From an uncultured bacterium (GTDB lineage Bacteria > Oederibacteriota > PGYV01 > CAWJRG01): a DNA stretch of 64,000 bases. The stretch spans positions 736,001 to 800,000 of the forward strand of contig CAWJRG010000009.1 of NCBI GenBank assembly GCA_963845185.1, in the 5' to 3' direction. Made by a program: the position numbers and the translations under genes. Below are positions 31,116-39,026 of the stretch, in pieces (the stretch's first letter is position 1; every line of letters starts with the position of its first letter). The notes under the pieces are model-generated. The model saw nothing but the letters and a program-made list of their open reading frames with translations, was not told the origin of the DNA and did no database searches.

Positions 31116-32180
31116 TTATTTCTTTTTGTTTTTTTCTTCCTTTATAATTTTTGCGATATTTTTATGCCCCTGCGCTGTTGCGAAATTAATTGCTTCATCA
31201 AAACCATTCGCGCCTTTTTCAAGCATCAGCTTTACAACCTCAACATGCCCTTCGCCTGCTGCCCAGCGCATGGCGCTGTTATAATTATTCGCGCCTTTAT
31301 CAAGCATCAGCTTTACAATCTCAATATGGCCTGACGTGGCTGCAGCACTCATTGTGTCATTGTAATTATTCGCGCCTTTTTCAAGCATAAACTTCACGAC
31401 CTCAATATGCCCTTTGCCTGCCGCAGACCTCATAGCGTCATTATAATTTTTGGCGCCTTTATCAAGCATAAGTCTCATTATATCAACATGCCCTCCGCCC
31501 GCAGCTGAGTCCATGGCGCTGTCAAAATTATTAGCGCCTTTTTCCAGCATAAGTTTCACAATATCAATATGGCCTGCTTCGGCAGCGCTTGTCATTGCCG
31601 TGTTATAACTCCTGGCGCCTTTTTCCAGCATAAGCTTCACAATCCCGGTATGGCCACCGCCTGCGGCTGATTCCATGGCCCTGTCATAATCTTTCGCGCC
31701 TTTATCAAGCATAAGCTTCATTATCTCAATATATCCCCCGCCTGCAGCTGTTCCCAATGCCCTGTTATAATCTTTCGCGCCTTTTTCCAGCATAAGATTT
31801 ACTATATTTACCTGCCCCGTACCGGCAGCTGATTCCATGGCCCTGTTATAATCATCCGCTCCTTTTCCAAGCAAAAGCTTCACAACCTCAATATGTCCGC
31901 TGTAAGCCGCAGACCTCATAGCTCCGTTAAAATCACCGGCGCCCTTTTTAATCATTATTTTTATAATCTCAATCTGGCCTTTTTCAGCCGCAGACCTCAT
32001 CGCGTCATCATAATCCCTCGCACCTTTTTCAAGCATGAGGTTTACAACATCTATCCGGCCGCTGTAAGCTGCCCATGCCATGGCAAGCTCAAAATCAAGG
32101 GCGCCTTCCAAAACAGCCTGCTTTATTTTTTCCATGTCGCCTGTTTTTGCCGCGTCAACCAGTTTTTCGTCAGGTGTCAT
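31116..32180 (-). CDS. Ankyrin-like repeat protein with 27-aa repeats
   Basis: About 11 internal repeats Y/F-N-x-AM-xx-AA-xx-GH-xx-IVKLML-E/D-KGA plus caps (81-bp period); AGGAGG RBS. Confidence 0.9.
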   Translation of the reverse strand: MTPDEKLVDAAKTGDMEKIKQAVLEGALDFELAMAWAAYSGRIDVVNLMLEKGARDYDDAMRSAAEKGQIEIIKIMIKKGAGDFNGAMRSAAYSGHIEVVKLLLGKGADDYNRAMESAAGTGQVNIVNLMLEKGAKDYNRALGTAAGGGYIEIMKLMLDKGAKDYDRAMESAAGGGHTGIVKLMLEKGARSYNTAMTSAAEAGHIDIVKLMLEKGANNFDSAMDSAAGGGHVDIMRLMLDKGAKNYNDAMRSAAGKGHIEVVKFMLEKGANNYNDTMSAAATSGHIEIVKLMLDKGANNYNSAMRWAAGEGHVEVVKLMLEKGANGFDEAINFATAQGHKNIAKIIKEEKNKKK

Positions 32181-32244
32181 TTTTTCCTCCTGCCCAGATT
32201 AGAAAAATAATGCAAATTATCAATCCTCAGTTTCGCATTGTTAT

Positions 32245-32697
32245 CTAAGGATTAAAAACCTTTGTTGTTTTTTCATTCAAATATAAAATACATTTATGGC
32301 TGTGTTTTTTTTCGTTAAACTCCTTAAACTCTATTTTTATATTCCCGTAAACCTCATATACAGCTTGTATCCAGATATCTTCTCCCAATACCCTTAATTT
32401 ATTCGCTTCCAGTTTTAATTTCTCGGCTTTTAAGCCTTCCTGGTTGGCGTTAAAAGTTATTTCATTGCTTTTTAAAGCAATATATTCCCCTTTTATCTGC
32501 TGCCTGAAATCATTTACGCTGACATTCTTTTCGCCGCTATATGCTTTTTTATGCAGCTCAATTCCCTCATTATGCATCCTGTTGCTTTCTTCCGTAACAG
32601 CCTTGCTGTCGTCAAAAATTTTTTTGGCTTCAGCAATTAGTTTCATACGCAATTTCCATATCGATTCCAGGCTTACTCCTTCTTTTTTGCCGAACAT
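32245..32697 (-). CDS. Hypothetical helical/coiled-coil protein
   Basis: 150-aa ORF with AAGGAGG RBS and its own promoter. Confidence 0.7.
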   Translation of the reverse strand: MFGKKEGVSLESIWKLRMKLIAEAKKIFDDSKAVTEESNRMHNEGIELHKKAYSGEKNVSVNDFRQQIKGEYIALKSNEITFNANQEGLKAEKLKLEANKLRVLGEDIWIQAVYEVYGNIKIEFKEFNEKKHSHKCILYLNEKTTKVFNP

Positions 32698-32725
32698 AAC
32701 TGCCTCCTTTTTTTATTTGCCTATG

Positions 32726-32753
32726 ATTATACCCTATTTGTTTTTGCAGTCAA
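32726..32753 (-). promoter_or_regulatory. Putative sigma70 promoter
   Basis: TTGACT-N16-TATAAT. Confidence 0.65.
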
Positions 32754-32837
32754 ATGTAAAATCCCCCATAAGGCGGCACCTTAGGATCAAGTGTTTCTTA
32801 AAATCAACCTTATAAATCCATATTGATATATGGCAGC

Positions 32838-33140
32838 CTATCTCAATACAATAAACACGCCCGGCTTGCTTTTTAACTGCTTTCCCTTGTTGTCTTTTGC
32901 TGTCAAAATATAATAGTATATTCCTCTGGCGAGTTTTCCAAGTTCTCCTTCAGAGAAGCATACGGTATAACGGCCGGTTATGGCAGAAGCGGGCCATGTT
33001 TTGTCTTTTATCAGCCTGAAAGCTTCTGTATAAATTTTCACGCTTACTGATTGCGGCTGCTGTGTTAAATCCAGATTAAAATAAAGCACATCCTTGCCTG
33101 CTTTCATCGGGTTTGGATAAACAAGGACATTATTTATTGC
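32838..33140 (-). repeat. C-terminal sorting-domain DNA repeat, copy 2 of 3
   Basis: High identity to 20747-21062 and 37104-37405. Confidence 0.9.
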
Positions 33141-34808
33141 AAACACAGGGATTGGGGTCGGATTCGGAGTCGGTGTCCAGGGTATGAAAGTCGAATACTG
33201 GTATGCGCCTACGTCCCAGTTGCCCTGCCCTGCTCCGGGCCGTGTATTGCCGTTAATATCCGTTCCCATACCGGGCAGGTTAAACCCTGCGTCGTACATA
33301 TTCTGGCCATTGCCGATGAGCCAGGACCCTAAAACCGGCATTCCATTGGCATCCACTACTGCGGTAAGCGTGGCAGGATTGGCGGCCGAATCCGTGTCGC
33401 AATTGCATGCTGCCTGCCATGCAGGGAAACTTGCGGTGTCGACGCCGAACCCCCAAAATGGATTATAAGAACTCTGGTAATCGCCGTAATACTCATGGTC
33501 GGGAAGCAGGGTATAAGTGTCAGTGGCGTTTCCGTTTATCAGCGTGTCTTCGCCGCTCCATAAATTGTTCCTGACAACCAATCCTGCAGAGTTTACTCCT
33601 CCAGGGCCTGTGCCGCCCATGCTAAGGGCATTGCCTATGTCAACAATACCGGGCCCTACCAGCGTGTTGTTGAAAACCACACCTGGCCCGGTGCAGACTA
33701 TTTCCACGTTTGCACCGCTGTCAATGTCTGAATTGGTAAAGTAATTTCCGTAAATAAAGGCATTCGGGCTGCCGAATAGTGAAGTCCATGGCGTCCTGCC
33801 GGTATTGTTATACCCGCCCTCAAGAAAAATCCAGGCAGTGCAGTTATTGCCCTGATAGCCGCCGAACCTGTTGTTGTAAATATAGAGCCCGGTAAAAGAA
33901 CCCCAGAATGATGCCCCCTCGTCCTCTGCAGAGTTCCACGCGTGGATGCCGTCGTGGTGGTATGTGTTGGCTGCGCCGGAATCCCAGTTCATCATGTCAT
34001 GGAAGTAGTTGTCGTGGATGTAGTCGTTTGTGGCCGTGCAAGTCAACTCGCTGGACACTATAATGCCGTGGTCCATGTTGTAAAACTCGTTATGGTCAAT
34101 GTTGTTGTTTGTGTCGCCGAAGTTATAAGTATGCATCAGCACCCAGTGGATGTCGTGAAAAACATTATTATCCACCCTCCAGTTGCTTCCGCTAATTGAT
34201 ATGCCGTCGCCGACCGAACCTGACGTGTCGCAGCCGGTTGCCGCCTCGCACTGGGTGTGCACATAAAAATTAGCGATTGTGAGGTTTTTGATTTCGCAGT
34301 TGTTGCAATTCCCGGCAAGAATTGCAATGCTTGACTGCTGGTAGGAACAATTGCCGTCCGGGCAAGTTGCGCCCGGTGAGCCGTTAAGAGTATTCTGAAT
34401 AAGTCCTTTTATGCTGCCTCCATCCAGGATGACATATGATTGGTTCATCATTACCACGGCTGCCTCGTTGTAATTGTTGTTTGGAAAATATGGTGATTGA
34501 AGAACCGCGCCCGGTTCAAACAAAATGGTTATTGGGTTTGCAGCAGTGCCGCTGGCTTGGACAATTATGCCGGTTGTATTTGCAGGAATATTAAACACGC
34601 CGCACAAATGTACTGTTGTTCCGGGCCCGATTTGGCCAGCGTTCGTTCCCCAGTTGCCGGCATTGTTTAGCCAGGCCAATGAATGGGCATCAGTGCAGTC
34701 GGCTCCGGTATCAGAGCCTGAAGTGTTTTGCGTGATGTAAATGTCTGCCGCAAACAAAGGATATGAAAGCCCAAGGATGAAGAGAAAAAAGATAAGTACT
34801 CGTTTCAT
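32838..34808 (-). CDS. Secreted right-handed beta-helix protein with T9SS-like C-terminal domain
   Basis: Signal peptide MKRVLIFF; Asn-rich beta-helix repeats (IHDNYFHD, YHHDGIH, IYNNRF); WDVGAYQY; PTPTP linker; NNVLVYPNP...GVFIVLR. Confidence 0.8.
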   Translation of the reverse strand: MKRVLIFFLFILGLSYPLFAADIYITQNTSGSDTGADCTDAHSLAWLNNAGNWGTNAGQIGPGTTVHLCGVFNIPANTTGIIVQASGTAANPITILFEPGAVLQSPYFPNNNYNEAAVVMMNQSYVILDGGSIKGLIQNTLNGSPGATCPDGNCSYQQSSIAILAGNCNNCEIKNLTIANFYVHTQCEAATGCDTSGSVGDGISISGSNWRVDNNVFHDIHWVLMHTYNFGDTNNNIDHNEFYNMDHGIIVSSELTCTATNDYIHDNYFHDMMNWDSGAANTYHHDGIHAWNSAEDEGASFWGSFTGLYIYNNRFGGYQGNNCTAWIFLEGGYNNTGRTPWTSLFGSPNAFIYGNYFTNSDIDSGANVEIVCTGPGVVFNNTLVGPGIVDIGNALSMGGTGPGGVNSAGLVVRNNLWSGEDTLINGNATDTYTLLPDHEYYGDYQSSYNPFWGFGVDTASFPAWQAACNCDTDSAANPATLTAVVDANGMPVLGSWLIGNGQNMYDAGFNLPGMGTDINGNTRPGAGQGNWDVGAYQYSTFIPWTPTPNPTPIPVFAINNVLVYPNPMKAGKDVLYFNLDLTQQPQSVSVKIYTEAFRLIKDKTWPASAITGRYTVCFSEGELGKLARGIYYYILTAKDNKGKQLKSKPGVFIVLR

Positions 34809-36904
34809 TTCACCACCGCCATCTTTCCCCATGATTTTTGATGTTCCTTACTATCTATCGCCTCTATGCTGTAGATAAATATCCCGCTTGCAACTCCCTT
34901 GCCTGTTTTATTATTTGTATCCCAGTAAATGCTGTTCATGTCCGGCTGGCCTTGTTGCGTAAATTCCCTTACAACCTCCCCGCTTATTGTGTATATTTTT
35001 ACGTTCACTTGCGCCTCATCGCACAACTGGTAAATTATATTCGTGCCGTTTGAACAAGGGTTTGGCGAGTTTTTGTATAACTTCAAACAAAGCGGCACTT
35101 GAGGCGTAGGTATTATTGTTACACTGCATGTTATGCTTGCTGTAGGTGTCGGTGTAACTGTTAGCGTAATAATAGCGCTGGGTGTCATTGTTTCCGTATT
35201 TGTAAATGTTGGTAAAATAGTGGGCGTTGTCGTTTCTGTATTTGTAAGTGTCGGCGATGGACCCGGATTAATAATACTATTAACCATATTTGATTCATAT
35301 GGTCCCAGGCCGTTAGCATAAATAATTGCTTGATTGGTAATCGTTGTTCCTGTCGGGCAGCTTGGATTCACTTGCACCATAAAACTATAACTTAAAATTG
35401 TATTGGCAACAACATCGCCTATATTCCATATTAATAAATTACCATTAAGTATGGGCGAATCTGTTGCGGAGCCGGATATATATTGGGCACAGGCAGGAAT
35501 TGTATCAGCAAGCACGACTCCGGTCTTTGTGGAACTTGATCCCATAGAATTAATATTTAAAAAATATTGTAAAATGTCGCCCTGATAGGTTATTTTTTTA
35601 TCGACAGTTTTGCAAAGGGTTAGGTCGGGTCCAAATGCCCATATCCCGCCGCTGTCAAGGCTGATCAACAAATAGTTATCGAATATTATCGGCGAATTAA
35701 AATCAAAGCCCTGCGAATCTCCCCCTGTTATTTGATATTGCCACAGTATTGTGCCGGCGTCCGCATTTCCCGCACCTGATATTGCGAATATTTTTTTCGA
35801 ATCTCCTACTGCCACAAAAACAATATTATTCCCCGATATTGCCGGCGAAGATATTATCCTATTTGCGCTTGTTGTAAATACAGGAAACCCCGCCATTGGA
35901 TTCCCTGTATTCATATCAAAAGCATAAAGCTCTGAGGTTCCGTCCAATGCATAAACAACATTATTAGCGGCAGCTATTCCTCCATAGTTATTATAAGAGC
36001 CACCCGATGTTCCTGCATTGACTGGAAATCCGGTTAACGGGAGCCCTGTAGAAATATCATAAACGTATATTTTCAGGTCGGTTAAATTTGAATCGTGCGC
36101 GTAAACAAATATTTCGTTATTATAAACCACGGGCCTGGTAAAAATATAATCAGAGGAATAAGCCGGGACGTTTATCGGAAAATTAGCAAGTACATTGCCG
36201 TTTATGTCATAGCCGTAAATCTCCGTGGTTGCCGTGTCGTAATAAAAAATCCTGTAATTATCCGCGCAAAGGCCCGGCATGGAAGTATAGTTGGAACTCG
36301 TTGTAGTAAAACTTACAGGGAAACCGGATTTTATTGCCCCGGTATTCTTGTCATAAACCCAGATGCCGTGGGTCCAGGGAGGCCCGTATCCGCATTGAAT
36401 ATAAACGTAAAGGTCGTCAACTACCAGGCTATTGAAACTCGGGGGACGCAGAGAAGCCATGCTTACCAACGCATTTGATGTCCATAGTACAGAACCAGTT
36501 CCAATATCAATGCATTTAACATACGCATTACTACCGCCCATATCCAGGACATATAATCTGTTATCACTTGCCGCAGGCGTTGATTCTCCTATATTGACGA
36601 AATTATAAGTCTGAACCTGCTGTCCGGAGAATAAATCGTAACCCAGTATAGGCCCTGATTTTCCCTGATAAACCGTACCTGCTATTCCTATAAGGCCGTT
36701 TTCTTCAACCGTAGAATCCGGGGAAGCCCATTTTAATGCCAATGGTACTGTTATATTATCTGTGTTAAACCCGGTATTTTCCGGATCCTCCCTGTAATTT
36801 GGCCAGTCATTGGCATATATTTTATGAGGAATTATTAGAAAAATAGCAAATAATGCCGTTAGTCCTATAACTTTAAATCTTGAATTTCGAATTATAAATT
36901 TCAT
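34805..36904 (-). CDS. Secreted PQQ/BamB-like beta-propeller + DUF11-like domain + Pro/Thr linker + FlgD/T9SS-like C-terminal domain
   Basis: DWPNYRED..NTG, repeated GFPV and SSP motifs, L.KTVDK...GDILQY...DTIP, NSPNP...IYTISGEVV...WD...SGIFIY...GKMAVVK. Confidence 0.8.
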   Translation of the reverse strand: MKFIIRNSRFKVIGLTALFAIFLIIPHKIYANDWPNYREDPENTGFNTDNITVPLALKWASPDSTVEENGLIGIAGTVYQGKSGPILGYDLFSGQQVQTYNFVNIGESTPAASDNRLYVLDMGGSNAYVKCIDIGTGSVLWTSNALVSMASLRPPSFNSLVVDDLYVYIQCGYGPPWTHGIWVYDKNTGAIKSGFPVSFTTTSSNYTSMPGLCADNYRIFYYDTATTEIYGYDINGNVLANFPINVPAYSSDYIFTRPVVYNNEIFVYAHDSNLTDLKIYVYDISTGLPLTGFPVNAGTSGGSYNNYGGIAAANNVVYALDGTSELYAFDMNTGNPMAGFPVFTTSANRIISSPAISGNNIVFVAVGDSKKIFAISGAGNADAGTILWQYQITGGDSQGFDFNSPIIFDNYLLISLDSGGIWAFGPDLTLCKTVDKKITYQGDILQYFLNINSMGSSSTKTGVVLADTIPACAQYISGSATDSPILNGNLLIWNIGDVVANTILSYSFMVQVNPSCPTGTTITNQAIIYANGLGPYESNMVNSIINPGPSPTLTNTETTTPTILPTFTNTETMTPSAIITLTVTPTPTASITCSVTIIPTPQVPLCLKLYKNSPNPCSNGTNIIYQLCDEAQVNVKIYTISGEVVREFTQQGQPDMNSIYWDTNNKTGKGVASGIFIYSIEAIDSKEHQKSWGKMAVVK

Positions 36905-36984
36905 TTTACTACCGCCACGCCCGTAAAACAAACTTGAGTTTTTGGCTCATAGAAAAGTGGAGGATTTAAAACGTACCTAACCAT
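36901..36984 (-). CDS. 27-aa leader ORF MVRYVLNPPLFYEPKTQVCFTGVAVVK, coupled to the next gene
   Basis: AAGGAGG RBS; ATG at 36984; its TGA overlaps the ATG of the downstream gene (ATGA). Confidence 0.5.
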   Translation of the reverse strand: MVRYVLNPPLFYEPKTQVCFTGVAVVK

Positions 36985-37103
36985 TCTTTTTAACCTCCTT
37001 TCTAGTTTTAATTATACATCTTCCTCTCTTCAAAATCAAATTTTATAATTCAGCCCCCAAAACCCCTATTTTTTAAATCAGCCTTACTAATCTATTCTAA
37101 AGC

Positions 37104-37405
37104 TTACTTCAGCAAAATAAATACGCCAGGCTTGCTTTTTATTTGCCTGCCTGAACTGTCTTCTGCTGTCAAAATATAATAATATAATCCGCTTGCATAA
37201 TTAGCCAGTTCATTTATGGGAATATTCACTTCATAATTTCCTGTTATAGAAGAAGCAGCCCATGTTTTTTCTTTTATCAGCCTGAAAGACGCAGTGTAAA
37301 TTTTCATGCTTACGGATTGTGGCTGCTGTGTCATATCCATGTGCACGTAAAGCGACTCTTTCCCCGCTATTGCGGGATTTGGATAAACAAGGACGTTGTT
37401 TATTA
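37104..37405 (-). repeat. C-terminal sorting-domain DNA repeat, copy 3 of 3
   Basis: High identity to copies 1 and 2. Confidence 0.9.
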
Positions 37406-38918
37406 CAAGCCCATTGTTTTCTTTCGTAGTTTGGGTGCTGGTCGGCGAATATTGCGGCGTTGCAGTAAATGTCGCAGTGATTGTTGCGGTTTTGGTCACA
37501 GTAAATGTTTCCGTATATGTCGCTGTTTTTGTTATTGTAGGCGTATTTGTTTCAGTCGGCGGCGTGCCTGTCATGGTCGCGGTGACTGTCGGAGAAACAG
37601 AAAAAGTTGGAGTATTAGTGAACGTGGGTGTAGCAGATAATACAGCCCCGGGTGTGTTAGTGGGGCTGTAATATTCATAAGCGCCTGCATCCAGATCGCT
37701 TGTGCGCGCTGTTTCTGTCAGGTTATTGACGTATTCAAATACAGGCACTGCTGAATACTGGGTACCGGTTCCGTCATAATATACCTGCGACTGGGCGTCG
37801 ATATTCAGGCATGATGAACCAGCTGTCAAATGAAAATCAAATCCAGCGTAGTTTACAAAACCCGGGTTTGCCGCGTTTGTCATATTTATAAATCCCGAAG
37901 GTATTGCAGCGCCGGCCTGCACCCAGTTGTTTGTGCCTGTAACTATGCCGGGTCCACCGCCTATTATATTATTGGAATTGTAAAAAATATTGTTAGCCGC
38001 ATAAATTGTAACACTAATGGCGCTCGGGTTGATAAAATTTATTGTGCTGGCTCCGGCAATGCACGTGTTGTTGACAAGATAAAGAGTGCCGGTGTGCACG
38101 TTGCCCATGTCCTGTCCGAAATCAATGAACTTGCTGTCATTGCCCGTGCGGCTCGGGCTGCTGACCACTATGTTCCCGACCATAACCGCGTTGCTGTTTG
38201 GAATGTCGGTCACGCCTGCCTGGTCCACGAACCCGACCTCGCCCTCGTTTGAGTCGGCGATATAGTTGTAAAAAAGTTGCTCGTAATGGCCACGGGACTT
38301 GAAATTCTGGCCGTACAGCGCGTCATGTATGTAGCAGAACTGTATTGTGCTTTGATAACCGTCAAGGTAAAAATTATGGCTGTAGCCGTTGTACAAAGCA
38401 GTGCCGTTATAAGCCACTTCGCAGGAATCAACAAGCGTGCTGCCGTTCCCGTCAGACATCATGCCCATGTCGCAGTAAGTAATCCTACAGCCTTTTATTG
38501 TGATATTGTCCCCGCCTGTAACCCTTATACCGGCGCCGTTGTTCCCGTTTGTAGCGTTCTGGAAAGCAATATTTTCAACCATATAATTACTGCCGTTGAA
38601 CTGGAAAAGCGCCCTCGGCACCGACCCTGCACCGCTCACGTCAACTCCTGTGCCGTCTATTATTGGCATTGGGCTGCCCATGCCTATTAAAGTTATCGGG
38701 TTTGCTACAGTGCCGCTTTCTGTCCATTTTATGGCTTCGTTGAAGTACGGCGCCGGGGTATAATATATTTCCACGATATCCCCGGGTGAAAGCGGCCTTG
38801 GAAGGGATGAAATGGTTGTGTATGTTTGTCCCGGCCCCACCTGATATACTGTTGCCATGGAAGCAAAAGGCATCATCACAATGAAAAAAACAAAGGTGAT
38901 TACTTTTATACGGCTCAT
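37104..38918 (-). CDS. Secreted right-handed beta-helix (polysaccharide lyase-like) protein with Thr/Pro linker and T9SS-like C-terminal domain
   Basis: YQVGPG, NGAGIR, SHNFY, NFKSR, DAGAYEY, long T/P linker, NNVLVYPNP...GVFILLK. Confidence 0.8.
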   Translation of the reverse strand: MSRIKVITFVFFIVMMPFASMATVYQVGPGQTYTTISSLPRPLSPGDIVEIYYTPAPYFNEAIKWTESGTVANPITLIGMGSPMPIIDGTGVDVSGAGSVPRALFQFNGSNYMVENIAFQNATNGNNGAGIRVTGGDNITIKGCRITYCDMGMMSDGNGSTLVDSCEVAYNGTALYNGYSHNFYLDGYQSTIQFCYIHDALYGQNFKSRGHYEQLFYNYIADSNEGEVGFVDQAGVTDIPNSNAVMVGNIVVSSPSRTGNDSKFIDFGQDMGNVHTGTLYLVNNTCIAGASTINFINPSAISVTIYAANNIFYNSNNIIGGGPGIVTGTNNWVQAGAAIPSGFINMTNAANPGFVNYAGFDFHLTAGSSCLNIDAQSQVYYDGTGTQYSAVPVFEYVNNLTETARTSDLDAGAYEYYSPTNTPGAVLSATPTFTNTPTFSVSPTVTATMTGTPPTETNTPTITKTATYTETFTVTKTATITATFTATPQYSPTSTQTTKENNGLVINNVLVYPNPAIAGKESLYVHMDMTQQPQSVSMKIYTASFRLIKEKTWAASSITGNYEVNIPINELANYASGLYYYILTAEDSSGRQIKSKPGVFILLK

Positions 38919-39026
38919 GCCTTCACCCCGCTTTAAGTATTCAGGACTTTTTCAAATAATCAAAATTCCCTGCTTCTTAAATAACTATTTTATCCCAAAA
39001 GCGCGGAACTTCAACAGAAAAGAATA

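Noticed and set aside
20747..37405. The three CTD repeats as diversity-generating retroelement TR/VR pairs
   Set aside because: No reverse transcriptase in the window, all copies are coding, and differences are not confined to adenines.
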